Source of the DNA: an uncultured Zetaproteobacteria bacterium
GTDB lineage: Bacteria > Pseudomonadota > Zetaproteobacteria > Mariprofundales > Mariprofundaceae
DNA: 61,226 bases
Assembly: GCA_947311495.1 (NCBI GenBank)
Contig: CAMZLG010000043.1
Coordinates: forward strand, 1-61,226
Direction: 5' to 3'
Shown here: piece after piece, positions 48,951 through 59,146 of the stretch
Position numbering within the stretch: the first letter of the stretch is position 1
How the letters are laid out: the number at the start of each line of letters is the position of its first letter
Notes under the pieces: generated by a model
What the model was told of the DNA's origin: nothing
What the model saw: only the letters and a program-made list of their open reading frames with translations
The model's database searches: none
Position numbers and translations under genes: made by a program

Positions 48951-50310
48951 GCTGACCCCGTTGTTTCAAAGCATCACTGATGCGAAATAAACCCGTGCCA
49001 TGCGAGCCTTTCACCAAGACCGTGCTTGATTTGGGTGGAAAATCTTTGGATACAAGCCATGCTTGTAATACTTCTGCATCCTTGAATACACGAATCACAC
49101 GATGTGGATGTTTGGTTTGCAAACCTGCCATCAATGAACCAACAGTAAGCACTTCATCAATATCGTGTAATTCAAGCTGCTCATGCAATAACGCAGCTTC
49201 TTCGCCTAACTCCAACATATCACCAATAATGGCGACCCTATACCCATCCAAGGCTGCCAATGTATCCAGTGCTGCTTGCATGGATGTTGGATTTGCATTG
49301 TAAGCATCATCAATCAATGTAAATGCGGTCAAATGATGAATTGCCATGCGCCCTTCCACAGGTTGCCAACCTTGAAGCGCAGCTACCACAGTTTGTAACG
49401 ACCAAACGTGTTCTAAATGTTTACCCAATTGCAGCATGACTGTAGCTGCAAGCGCAAAGTCTTCTGCCCAATGTTTGGCAGGAAGCGATAACGCAAAGGA
49501 TGCTGATTCATCAGCAAACGAAAGCGTCAAATCCCGACCTTTAAGCTGCCAAACCACTGCGCTTGAATCATCCATGCTTAAACTTGGTTTTGCTGATTCA
49601 CACCCCGCATCTTTAAAGGTTTGCGACACACCTTGCCCCAACACCGACCAACCATTCTCTGCTAAATGCGCCATCAATTGTGCTTTTTCTTGCGCAATAC
49701 CCGATAACCCGCCTAAACCTTCACCGTGGGCTTGGCTTAAACCCGTCACAACCGCCACATCAGGTTTGACAATTTCAGACAGCCTGCGCATTTCGCCTTG
49801 TTCGCTGATGCCGCATTCAATCAATGCCACATCAGTATTGATATCAATATCCAATAATGTTTTGGGTACGCCAATCAAATTATTCAAATTCGCTTGGGTG
49901 GCTGCAATGTGTAAATCCAAAGCCTTCAAACCAAACTCTAGCATAGAGCGCACAGTGGTTTTACCGTATGAACCTGTGATGGCAACCACGGTTGTGTTTT
50001 TCAGACGGCTACGATAAAAGCTGGCGATATCACCCAGAGATTGAAGCGTGTCTTCAACTTGAAGCTGTGGCGTGCCCAATGCTTGCCATTGCAACACACC
50101 TTTTTCATCGCCAATCAATGCTGCTGCCCGGTCTGCCACTTGATGTGCATGAGCATGACCATCAAAATGTGGTCCTTTAAGCGCCAAAAACGCATGACCA
50201 TCCACAAATGTGCGTGTATCTGTGCTAATACCATTCACCGTTTCTGGCAAATCTTCAGTGACCCATTCACCTTGGGATGCCATCGCCAATTCTTTACCAG
50301 TTAAGCGCAT
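48940..50310 (-). CDS. murF: MurF ligase
   Basis: GSYGKTT, NNLIGVP, DAYNANP. Confidence 0.94.
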   Translation of the reverse strand: MRLTGKELAMASQGEWVTEDLPETVNGISTDTRTFVDGHAFLALKGPHFDGHAHAHQVADRAAALIGDEKGVLQWQALGTPQLQVEDTLQSLGDIASFYRSRLKNTTVVAITGSYGKTTVRSMLEFGLKALDLHIAATQANLNNLIGVPKTLLDIDINTDVALIECGISEQGEMRRLSEIVKPDVAVVTGLSQAHGEGLGGLSGIAQEKAQLMAHLAENGWSVLGQGVSQTFKDAGCESAKPSLSMDDSSAVVWQLKGRDLTLSFADESASFALSLPAKHWAEDFALAATVMLQLGKHLEHVWSLQTVVAALQGWQPVEGRMAIHHLTAFTLIDDAYNANPTSMQAALDTLAALDGYRVAIIGDMLELGEEAALLHEQLELHDIDEVLTVGSLMAGLQTKHPHRVIRVFKDAEVLQAWLVSKDFPPKSSTVLVKGSHGTGLFRISDALKQRGQHVI

Positions 50311-51752
50311 AATTGCACCTCAGCCAAAGCCTGCTCTGCCACATCTTTATCACTCCATGGCAAACGTTGACCTGCAACTTCTAAATATGACTCATGCCCT
50401 TTACCTGCAATCACCAACACATCTTTATTCGCCAATGCATTCACTGCCTGTGTAATCGCCAAGGCTCTATCTGCCACCACATGTATGGCTTCAGCATGTT
50501 TGATTCCTGCCAAAACGTCTGCGGCTATATCTTGTTGTTGCTCATCTCTTGGGTTATCCGAAGTTAACCAACATTCATCGGCATACGTTTCCGCCACAGC
50601 ACCCATGGCTGGGCGTTTACTTTTATCACGGTTTCCACCGCAACCAAACACCAGTAATAATTTATCTTGAGTGAGTTTCCGCGCACTTAACAAACAACGC
50701 TGCAAACCTTCGGCAGTGTGGGCATAATCAATATATACTTGCTCGCCCACAGCTTCCAAACGACCCAGTGGTGTAGAAATACCTTGTGCATATTCCGCAA
50801 ATTCATGAAGCGATATGGCATACAAACGCTGTATCACCAATGCCACAGCCGCCAAATTTTCAGCATGAAAATCTGCAACAGGCACATCATGTAATGTCAC
50901 CTTCTCTTGGTTTGTGGTCATGACCACGCTTTGCCCTTCAACTGCCCACGATAAGTCAGCTTCCTTTGCTCTATACCAAAATACATCATCTGCTTGGCTT
51001 AACGCCGCACGAATATATTCATAATCCGCATTGGCAACCACAGCACTACCCGCTTGCAAAACGGATTGTATAAAACTGGATTTAAGACTTAAATAATTTT
51101 CAAAACCACCATGGTCTTCCAAATGGTCATGCCCCATGGTTGTCCAAATGGCTGCCGCGAATGGTAAACCTGCGATACGTTTCTGGGCTATGCCGTGTGA
51201 TGACACTTCAAACACCAAGGCTGCAATATCCTGCTGCTGCGCTAAAGCAAGCAAACGGTGATTATTCAACAAGGATGGCGTGGTATTGCCCAAGTCCATC
51301 AAATTATCCGCAGCTTTCATCCAACCCAAGGTGCCCACTGACCACGCTGAACCATGATATTTTTCCAAGGTTTCTCTTAGCATCCAAGCTGTGCTTGTTT
51401 TACCATCCGTACCAGTAATACCTATGCATTGCACTGATGTTTGTTCTGTTTCAAACCAACGGCGCAGCAGCTTTCCTGCCGCCTGCATATCAGGTAAACA
51501 TGCACAAGTAATATCAAGCCCTTTCTCAGCTTCGCCCACAAATATCACCGATGCCGCTTGTTTATCTATGGCCTGCTGCACTAAGGCACGTTTATTTTGA
51601 ACGCGAGGCAAGCATAAAAATGTATCACCTGCTTGAAGCTTGCGTGTATCATCACAAATATGTGTAATGCTGATGTCTTGGGAATACACACCCAAACCCA
51701 ACATCAAGTCAGACAGTTGCTTGGGAGAGGTTTGAGGATTAAGCTCATTCAT
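50301..51752 (-). CDS. murE: MurE ligase (meso-DAP specific)
   Basis: GTDGKTS, DYAHT, DNPR. Confidence 0.94.
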   Translation of the reverse strand: MNELNPQTSPKQLSDLMLGLGVYSQDISITHICDDTRKLQAGDTFLCLPRVQNKRALVQQAIDKQAASVIFVGEAEKGLDITCACLPDMQAAGKLLRRWFETEQTSVQCIGITGTDGKTSTAWMLRETLEKYHGSAWSVGTLGWMKAADNLMDLGNTTPSLLNNHRLLALAQQQDIAALVFEVSSHGIAQKRIAGLPFAAAIWTTMGHDHLEDHGGFENYLSLKSSFIQSVLQAGSAVVANADYEYIRAALSQADDVFWYRAKEADLSWAVEGQSVVMTTNQEKVTLHDVPVADFHAENLAAVALVIQRLYAISLHEFAEYAQGISTPLGRLEAVGEQVYIDYAHTAEGLQRCLLSARKLTQDKLLLVFGCGGNRDKSKRPAMGAVAETYADECWLTSDNPRDEQQQDIAADVLAGIKHAEAIHVVADRALAITQAVNALANKDVLVIAGKGHESYLEVAGQRLPWSDKDVAEQALAEVQLCA

Positions 51753-53631
51753 TAAGCCATACCTCCAGCGTGTCGCCTGCTTGCAAACCTTGCACCACAG
51801 CAGGCTCACTTCTACTTACCCAACCCGAACCGTGCAGCTGCAATTGCAGCCCTGAACCCAAAGCAAAACGGCGCACTTCACGCAAAGATAAACCATAAAG
51901 TGAGTGCAACGGTTTGGGCTCACTATCCATACTTGCCTGCTGAATTTGCCAACTATCTTGTTTGGCTTCATATGTTGGTGTTGTGGGTGCAACACCCAAC
52001 ATCGGCAAGGTTGTTTCTGCGATTTGTTTAAAAATGGGAGCAGCGACTGTGCCACCATAAATACTGGTTTCAGGCTCATCGATGGCAACCACAATCACCA
52101 ACTCAGGATTTTCCACAGGCACAACGCCCGCAAACACGGCTGTGAATTTATCTTTGGAATAACCACCATGTTGATCTGCTTTTTGTGCTGTTCCCGTTTT
52201 GCCTGCAACCGTGTAACCCACAGGTACAGCTTTGGTTCCCGTACCGCCAGCCTTGGTTGCATCAGCCAGCATATTTAAAACATCATCCGCCACTTGCTCA
52301 GAAATTACCCTGTGCCCTTCTTCTGGCTCATCCACTTTCACCAACTGTGGCGGGTAATACACCCCGCCATTGGCAAAGATAGAAAATGCGGATGCCAACT
52401 GAATCGGGGTGACCGCCACACCTTGCCCAAAGGCAATGTTTGCCGTTTCCACAGGCCCCCAAGAAGATAATGGTGGCAATAAACCTTTGGACTCACCGCC
52501 CAGACCAATGCCTGTTTTCTGATGAAAACCAACATCTTGTAATACCCCGTACAAATCTTCTTTGCCAATGTCTAAAGCCAGTTTCGCTGCACCAATATTA
52601 CTCGACACAACCAAAAGCTTACGCAAATCTATCCAACCTGCGGGATGGTCATCTTTAATCCGTTTGCCTGCCACTTCAAACTTGCCATTCTCACAATAAA
52701 TCAATGAATCTGTGGTCCAACGCCCTGTGGACAATGCTGCGGCAACCGTGAACGGCTTAAGTACGGAGCCGGGTTCAAACACATCAGTTACCACGCGATT
52801 GCGCCAATCTTTTGGGCGATACTTACCAAATGAATTGGGATTAAAGCCTGGCCAGCTTGTCATCGCCAAGACTTCTCCTGTGTGTGGATTCATCACCACC
52901 ACAGAACCGCCTTTGGCACCTGTGCGCTGAATACCGTTGGCAAGGGCTGCATACGCAATGCTTTGCACACCAATATCCAAGTTTAAGCTTAAATCTTGAC
53001 CGTGTTGCGGTTGTTTTATCCAAGTCTGCCCAGGCAATTTGATACCATTGGCTGCTTTGCGCAACTGCACTTTGCCAGACTGACCTGAAAGCCTACTGTT
53101 AAACGCAAGCTCCAGCCCCTCCAAACCATGGTTATCGATACCTACAAACCCAAGCAAATGACCTGTCTCTGGGCCATACGGGAAATACCTGCGCCATTCT
53201 TTTTCAATACGCACCCCTGCCAAATTCAAGTCTTGCACTTGTTTGGCAATTTGTGGGGACACCTGACGCGATAACCACACGAAACCTTTGCGTTTACCCA
53301 TGCGCTTTTGAAGTTTTGACAAAGGTATATTTAAAGCCAATGCAAGTTTAGGTAAATCCTCCGCATTTAAATCTGATGCCACAGCCGCAACCGATGGTAC
53401 TTCCACACTTTCTGAAAGCGTACGCCCACTTCTATCTACAATATTACCGCGTGGTGCTGCCACTTCAAATTGACGAATACGTTGGCTATCCGCAGCCTTA
53501 GCCAACTTATCACCCTGCAGCCATTGCAGGTCAACTGCTCTTACCACCATAAGCAATAGACCCAACCCAACCAATGCCATCACAGCTTCCAACCTGCGGC
53601 GCGCAGCTATTTGCTCACTATTCATCATCAT
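51745..53631 (-). CDS. ftsI: Penicillin-binding protein 3
   Basis: SVLK, SSN and KTG motifs. Confidence 0.94.
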   Translation of the reverse strand: MMMNSEQIAARRRLEAVMALVGLGLLLMVVRAVDLQWLQGDKLAKAADSQRIRQFEVAAPRGNIVDRSGRTLSESVEVPSVAAVASDLNAEDLPKLALALNIPLSKLQKRMGKRKGFVWLSRQVSPQIAKQVQDLNLAGVRIEKEWRRYFPYGPETGHLLGFVGIDNHGLEGLELAFNSRLSGQSGKVQLRKAANGIKLPGQTWIKQPQHGQDLSLNLDIGVQSIAYAALANGIQRTGAKGGSVVVMNPHTGEVLAMTSWPGFNPNSFGKYRPKDWRNRVVTDVFEPGSVLKPFTVAAALSTGRWTTDSLIYCENGKFEVAGKRIKDDHPAGWIDLRKLLVVSSNIGAAKLALDIGKEDLYGVLQDVGFHQKTGIGLGGESKGLLPPLSSWGPVETANIAFGQGVAVTPIQLASAFSIFANGGVYYPPQLVKVDEPEEGHRVISEQVADDVLNMLADATKAGGTGTKAVPVGYTVAGKTGTAQKADQHGGYSKDKFTAVFAGVVPVENPELVIVVAIDEPETSIYGGTVAAPIFKQIAETTLPMLGVAPTTPTYEAKQDSWQIQQASMDSEPKPLHSLYGLSLREVRRFALGSGLQLQLHGSGWVSRSEPAVVQGLQAGDTLEVWLNE

Positions 53632-53882
53632 GGTTTCACCACTTGCATAGCGCTAGGCGCAGACATACCCATGTCTCTCGCCAAGCGGCGCAAAGTGTCT
53701 GGTCGTAGCATACTGGCAAGTTCCAACTTCAAGCTTTGCACATCTTGAGCCAATATATTTTTCTCTTTTTGGAGTTGTGATACCACCTGCTCAGTATCCA
53801 AGCGCACATAAGAAACCCAAACTTCACCAACAGAAAGCAAACCAATGCCTGCAACAACCATCACGGTATATCGGCTCAACAT
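53628..53882 (-). CDS. ftsL: Cell division protein FtsL
   Basis: TM plus coiled coil between rsmH and ftsI. Confidence 0.8.
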   Translation of the reverse strand: MLSRYTVMVVAGIGLLSVGEVWVSYVRLDTEQVVSQLQKEKNILAQDVQSLKLELASMLRPDTLRRLARDMGMSAPSAMQVVKP

Positions 53883-54823
53883 GACATGTCCAACTTTTCT
53901 GCCACGCGCAACATCGCCGAACGACTGCGTGGATTTTGTTCGATTTCTTGTTCACTTGCGCGTACGGGTTTCTTTTGCACCCATTTCATGGTGGGTTTAA
54001 ACCCACAAACACACATAGGAAATTCTCTAGGGCAAGTGCAGCCATGCACCTGTTTTTCAATCAAATCACGAATGCGGCGGTCTTCTCCCGAATGAAATGA
54101 AATGATTGCCAGACGACCACCAGCTTTGAGCAACTTCATCGACGCGTTGACGGCATCATCAATTTGATTCATCTCATCGTTCACCCAAATACGCAAAGCT
54201 TGAAAGGTGCGTGTCGCTGGGTGCGCACCAGTATGACGCATCTTTTTGGGTGTGGCATGAAAGCAAACATTCTCCAAATCTTTGGTGGTATTCATTTGAT
54301 CATCACGCAAGGCTTGCAAAATACTGCGTGCAATACGCCCCGCAAACTTTTCATCACCATATTCACGAATAATTTTGGTTAGTTCGGATTCAGACACTTT
54401 CGCAAGTTTATCCACAAGCGATTTGCCCGATGCATTATCCATCCGCATATCTAGCGGACCTTCTTGCATAAACGAAAAACCACGTTCTGCTTGGTCGAGC
54501 TGCGGTGAAGACACACCCAAATCAAAACCAATGCCTGAAACAGAATCCCAACCTTGGTTTTCAGCGGCTTGCGTTATGCCTGCAAAGTCTGTGTAAGCAA
54601 TCGTGAAGCGTTTATCTTCCTGCATCAAGGCTTGCCCTGCCTCAATGGCTTGCGGGTCGCGATCTAAACCCAAGACTTCCGCCTTGTAAGAAAGCTGGTT
54701 CAACAATAAACGTGTATGCCCACCCCGACCAAATGTTGCATCAATGTATTGCCCTTCTGGGTCAGTGCATAATGCTTCGATGTAGGGGGCAGCCAATACA
54801 GAAATGTGTGCCCGGGTATTCAT
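53876..54823 (-). CDS. rsmH: 16S rRNA m4C1402 methyltransferase
   Basis: DATFGRGGH, DLGVSSPQLD, NPRSRSA. Confidence 0.96.
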   Translation of the reverse strand: MNTRAHISVLAAPYIEALCTDPEGQYIDATFGRGGHTRLLLNQLSYKAEVLGLDRDPQAIEAGQALMQEDKRFTIAYTDFAGITQAAENQGWDSVSGIGFDLGVSSPQLDQAERGFSFMQEGPLDMRMDNASGKSLVDKLAKVSESELTKIIREYGDEKFAGRIARSILQALRDDQMNTTKDLENVCFHATPKKMRHTGAHPATRTFQALRIWVNDEMNQIDDAVNASMKLLKAGGRLAIISFHSGEDRRIRDLIEKQVHGCTCPREFPMCVCGFKPTMKWVQKKPVRASEQEIEQNPRSRSAMLRVAEKLDMSC

Positions 54824-55257
54824 CAGAAATCCAAGTCCTGATTTTGCAGCAGCGCCAGCGATGCGGTGAGTTGCTCATCCCATGCTGTGGCATCCCAAAT
54901 CTCAAAGGTGTCAACCGAACCTGCAAACACAGCGCTCTTGCTGATACCTGCATAACTACGCAATGATTGGGGAATGAGAACCCGACCCTGTTTATCTGGG
55001 CTGTATTCTTGAGCAGAACTAATCACGGTGCGTTTAAACGCTTGGACAATTCTATCGTTGCTCGGTCTTGCGCCAATTTTGGCAAGCAAACGCCGCCACT
55101 CTCTCTGTGGGTACGCTCGAAGGCACATGTTTTGCGGGTCGCGGGCGACAATAATAGATGTTTCATTGTAAGATTTCTGCAATACATCACGGAAAGACGC
55201 GGGAATATTCACCCGTCCTTTTTCGTCCATATTGTTGGTATATTCACCTTGAAACAT
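54823..55257 (-). CDS. mraZ: Transcriptional repressor MraZ
   Basis: DEKGR and DKQGR repeats. Confidence 0.93.
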   Translation of the reverse strand: MFQGEYTNNMDEKGRVNIPASFRDVLQKSYNETSIIVARDPQNMCLRAYPQREWRRLLAKIGARPSNDRIVQAFKRTVISSAQEYSPDKQGRVLIPQSLRSYAGISKSAVFAGSVDTFEIWDATAWDEQLTASLALLQNQDLDF

Positions 55258-55306
55258 CGAAATTCACCCAACCTCACTTGCCATTCATGTGCGTGAGCCG
55301 CAGTTA

Positions 55307-55363
55307 CCCACCTTTACCCACTATGCGCCAATATCATCCACTAAACAGCCCTTGTCAACCCAC
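55307..55363 (-). promoter_or_regulatory. dcw promoter region with MraZ-type GTGGG repeats
   Basis: On the minus strand: GTGGG-N5-GTGGG at 55307-55321, a third GTGGG at 55359-55363, and TTGACA at 55353-55358. Confidence 0.6.
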
Positions 55364-55375
55364 CATTACCCTTTT

Positions 55376-55389
55376 TGACACACTTGTCT
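55376..55389. promoter_or_regulatory. Putative CusR/CopR-type box
   Basis: TGACACACTTGTCT versus TGACAAnnTTGTCA, upstream of a CusR-like regulator. Confidence 0.45.
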
Positions 55390-55439
55390 GTTCAACAATT
55401 ACAGTTGTCATGAGGCAAAAGAATTCATACAGTACGTCT

Positions 55440-56126
55440 ATGAAGATTTTAATTGTGGAAGATGAAGTACAAGTGGCTGAAGTTTTGCAAAAAGGGCTTA
55501 AAGAAGAAGGTCATGCTGTTGACCTGTCCCATGATGGCGAAGACGGCGGGTTTTTAGCTGAAATCAATGATTATGACCTGATTATTCTTGATTTGATGCT
55601 GCCTAAGAAAAACGGCATTCAAGTGTGCCGCGAAATTCGTGAGCGCGGCGTGAACACACCTGTCTTGATGTTGACCGCCAGAGACAGCATTGAGGATAAG
55701 GTGCGCGGGCTTGATGCTGGTGCTGATGACTACATGGCAAAACCCTTTTCTTTCCAAGAGTTGTTGGCTCGCGTTCGAGCTTTATTACGCCGCACATCGG
55801 ACAGCAAAACCCCAACCTTAAGCATGGCTAATTTGGAGTTAGACCCCATCAGTCGCCAAGTCACCCGTGGTAATAAGAATATTCGGGTCACTACCAAGGA
55901 GTATGCACTCCTAGAATACTTTATGCGCAACCCCTATAAAGTGCTTTCACGCACACTGATTGGTGAGCATGTTTGGGATATGAATTTTGACCCTGAAAGC
56001 AATGTAATTGATGTATATGTTAGCCATTTGCGCAACAAGGTAGACAAAGGATTTAACTTGCAACTCATCCACACTTTGCGTGGGCAAGGTTATATTTTAA
56101 GCGATAAATATGAGGAAGCTGGATAA
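55440..56126 (+). CDS. OmpR-family response regulator (CusR/CzcR-like)
   Basis: ILIVEDE, LDLMLP, KPF, VWDMNFDPESNVIDVY. Confidence 0.92.
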   Translation: MKILIVEDEVQVAEVLQKGLKEEGHAVDLSHDGEDGGFLAEINDYDLIILDLMLPKKNGIQVCREIRERGVNTPVLMLTARDSIEDKVRGLDAGADDYMAKPFSFQELLARVRALLRRTSDSKTPTLSMANLELDPISRQVTRGNKNIRVTTKEYALLEYFMRNPYKVLSRTLIGEHVWDMNFDPESNVIDVYVSHLRNKVDKGFNLQLIHTLRGQGYILSDKYEEAG

Positions 56127-56137
56127 ACACCGCTCTC

Positions 56138-57613
56138 ATGCCTAAACCTTTGACATCACTGTACAACCATATGTTCCGCACTTTTCGTGGCAGATTGGCG
56201 GTCAGCTATGTGCTTGTAGAATTCACAATTCTCCTCCTTGCGGCAGGTTTTATTTATTGGTTTCTTGCCAACGAAGTTTACCGTGAAGTCGATTATAAAC
56301 TACAACACGAAGCCCAAGAAATGATAAAATATTTAGCCAAGATACCACCTACGCAATGGAGCTCTAACGCAAAGCGATTCTCCGATGACTTTGATGGTTT
56401 TGCACAACTGATTAATCATCAGGGCGTGGTTCTTTTTAGTGTTGGTAAAAAGCTTGTTGGGCATGATAAAAAAGATGTCACCCAAGCCATTCAACAAGCA
56501 TGGCAAACCGATGCATCAATTTTTATCTCAACAAGAGGGCTATTACGGAACAATAACCTGCGTGTTGGTACTATCCCCATTCGCATACGCAACGAGACCA
56601 TTGCTATCGCTATCCTCGCCCAACCCACCAACCAAATTCAAAACTTCTTCAAATTGCTCTATTTTATCGGTGGCACTCTAGGTTTAGCATCCATGGTGAT
56701 TTCAGGTGTGGTGGGCTACCGCATGGCAAAAAGTTCATTGCGCCCCATCAATGACATCACAGATGCGGCGCAAGCGGTGTCTAATGGTGATTTAAGCAGA
56801 CGTTTGCAAACATCAGTGCATGACGAAGAAATCGAAACACTGGTTCGATCTCTGAACAAAATGTTTGATTGTTTGGAGTCCAACTTCAACAGCCAAAAAC
56901 GTTTTGTATCCGACACATCCCATGAGCTTAGACATCCCATCACCATTCTCAAAGGTGAAATTGAAGTCGCACTGATGCAAAATCGTTCGCCCGAAGAGTA
57001 CAAAGCACTTCTCAAACAACTACTTTCGATTAGTGACCGCATGCAAAACATCGTCAATGATATGTTAACACTTGCGCAAGCCGATGCAGGAACCCTTGAA
57101 ATTCCACAAGAAAATATTGATTTATCATTGCTTCTTCAAGAGGTCGGACAAAATCATTTGATACTATTTTCCAAACGTCATATTAACCTAGAAATTGATA
57201 TTCAAGATGGTTTAGAGATTGTAGGCGACCAACATCGTATTGAACGCGTTTTTTATAATCTACTTAACAATGCATTCCGTTATGCACCTGAAGGCTCAAC
57301 GGTAACCTTATCCGCTGTGGCAGAAGGTGATAATGCAATCATACGAATTACGGATGAAGGTGAAGGCATTGCCAAAAAAGACATTCCGCATTTGTTTGTG
57401 CGCTTTTATCGAGCGGATGATGCGCGCACCAACAAACAGGGTGAAGGCGCTGGTTTAGGTTTGTCGATTTGCAAACATATTGTGCATGCACATCAAGGTG
57501 AAATTTATGTCGTTGATGATGCTAGGCAAGGCGCCACTTTTGAAGTCAAACTCCCGCTTTCTAATATGAACCCCGAATATGCCAAACGTATTCAAGGTGT
57601 GTTAAACAGTTAA
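56138..57613 (+). CDS. HAMP sensor histidine kinase (CusS-like)
   Basis: Two TMs, HAMP, SHELRHP, NLLNNA, GAGLGL. Confidence 0.92.
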   Translation: MPKPLTSLYNHMFRTFRGRLAVSYVLVEFTILLLAAGFIYWFLANEVYREVDYKLQHEAQEMIKYLAKIPPTQWSSNAKRFSDDFDGFAQLINHQGVVLFSVGKKLVGHDKKDVTQAIQQAWQTDASIFISTRGLLRNNNLRVGTIPIRIRNETIAIAILAQPTNQIQNFFKLLYFIGGTLGLASMVISGVVGYRMAKSSLRPINDITDAAQAVSNGDLSRRLQTSVHDEEIETLVRSLNKMFDCLESNFNSQKRFVSDTSHELRHPITILKGEIEVALMQNRSPEEYKALLKQLLSISDRMQNIVNDMLTLAQADAGTLEIPQENIDLSLLLQEVGQNHLILFSKRHINLEIDIQDGLEIVGDQHRIERVFYNLLNNAFRYAPEGSTVTLSAVAEGDNAIIRITDEGEGIAKKDIPHLFVRFYRADDARTNKQGEGAGLGLSICKHIVHAHQGEIYVVDDARQGATFEVKLPLSNMNPEYAKRIQGVLNS

Positions 57614-58035
57614 AGTTTCCACTTCATTTGCTGGATAGGTGCAAACTGAGCCTCGTCCTTGGAAACACATGTCACAAGCTCGGATGCAGGCAAATAAACA
57701 TGCCCATATTTATAAAAATCATTGTCCACGATAGCTCCATCCACCATCAAAATATCCAAATCTAATGTGCGTGGTTTCCATGAGCCTTCTGAGCGGTCGC
57801 GCCCATGTTTATCTTCCAAAGCTTTGAGCCACACCAACAGTTCAGCTTGAGGCAAATCATGCTCAAACAAACAACAGGCATTTAAAAAATCATCACCATC
57901 CATACCCACTGCCGCCGACTGATATACGGCTGAAAATTTCACCGTTGGAAACTTGGTTTTCAAAGCCTTTGCAGCATCTTTGAGATGTGTTTCAGGGTTG
58001 ATGTTAGAGCCCATTCCCAACAGCACAATTGTCAT
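57610..58035 (-). CDS. folK: 6-hydroxymethyl-7,8-dihydropterin pyrophosphokinase
   Basis: GSN, FLN, PRTLDLDIL. Confidence 0.92.
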   Translation of the reverse strand: MTIVLLGMGSNINPETHLKDAAKALKTKFPTVKFSAVYQSAAVGMDGDDFLNACCLFEHDLPQAELLVWLKALEDKHGRDRSEGSWKPRTLDLDILMVDGAIVDNDFYKYGHVYLPASELVTCVSKDEAQFAPIQQMKWKL

Positions 58036-58037
58036 GT

Positions 58038-58391
58038 TTATTTGCTACCGCGCTCAATCAATACAGCTACATTTTCCGAGCCACGCACAGCGCCAGGCTT
58101 AGACATTTTCAAGCGCAACCAAGGTACATCAAACTCATCTCTAATAATTTTTGCACAATGCTCCGCTAAGGATTCAATCAAACCAAACTCCGATGCTTCC
58201 ACGAAATCAATCAATCGCTTAGACACAGATTTATAATCCAGCGTATCTTCAATGTTGTCGGATTTTCCTGCTTTAGAAATATCCCATGCCATTTCAAGGT
58301 CGAGGCGTACTGTTTGCCGAATCTCACGCTCCCAATCGTAAATACCAATCACCGTACGCACTTCCAAACCTTCAATTAAAACCAAATCCAT
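58038..58391 (-). CDS. folB: Dihydroneopterin aldolase
   Basis: IGIYDWER, LDY, LIESLAE, KPGA. Confidence 0.94.
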   Translation of the reverse strand: MDLVLIEGLEVRTVIGIYDWEREIRQTVRLDLEMAWDISKAGKSDNIEDTLDYKSVSKRLIDFVEASEFGLIESLAEHCAKIIRDEFDVPWLRLKMSKPGAVRGSENVAVLIERGSK

Positions 58392-58393
58392 AG

Positions 58394-59128
58394 TTACCCC
58401 TTCAAACCTTGGCGCACCACTTCAAACAGTGCCACACCCGTGGCTACCGACACATTCAACGATTCCACTTTGCCCGGCATAGGTATTTTCACCAACTGGT
58501 CGCAATTTTCGCGTACAAGCCTGCGCATCCCTTCGCCTTCTGCACCCATAACCAAGGCATTTTTACCTGAAAAGTTAATGTCATGAATCAAAGTGTCGGC
58601 TTCACCTGCCAAACCTGAAATCCAAAAGCCTGCATCTTGCAATTCTTTCATGGTTCGCGCCAAATTGGTCACACGCAACACGGGGATTCGTGCCAATGCA
58701 CCACATGCCGATTTAGAGACAATCGGCGAACTTAAATCAGCGGCATGGTCTTTAGGAATCACCACACCCACACAACCCGATGCTTCCGCAGTACGAATAC
58801 ATGCCCCTAAATTATGCGGGTCGGTCACTTGGTCGAGAATCAATACCAAAGCTTCATCTTTCCCTTCAATGTCATACAACCAATCTTTAAAGTTCACCGC
58901 ACCTTTAGGTACCATTTTCGCCACTACACCTTGATGTGGCACGCCATCCGCTAACCTTTCCAAAGCTTCTTTGGGCGCAAACGATACGCGAACCTTGGCT
59001 TTGCGCGCCAAGTGAATCAGCTCATTCAAGCGCGGATGTGTTTTACCTTTAAGTACCACCAATTCATCAATGGCTTCGCCTGCGTCCAGCGCGTGTTTTA
59101 CGGCATGTATGCCTGCAATTTTACTCAT
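58394..59128 (-). CDS. rlmB: 23S rRNA Gm2251 methyltransferase
   Basis: HQGVVA, DPHNLGACIR, GAEGEG, SLNVSVA. Confidence 0.94.
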   Translation of the reverse strand: MSKIAGIHAVKHALDAGEAIDELVVLKGKTHPRLNELIHLARKAKVRVSFAPKEALERLADGVPHQGVVAKMVPKGAVNFKDWLYDIEGKDEALVLILDQVTDPHNLGACIRTAEASGCVGVVIPKDHAADLSSPIVSKSACGALARIPVLRVTNLARTMKELQDAGFWISGLAGEADTLIHDINFSGKNALVMGAEGEGMRRLVRENCDQLVKIPMPGKVESLNVSVATGVALFEVVRQGLKG

Positions 59129-59146
59129 GTTTGTATCACCCTTTAT

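Noticed and set aside
55158-55439. N-terminal extension of the response regulator ORF
   Set aside because: It overlaps mraZ and its promoter. The receiver domain starts at ATG 55440.
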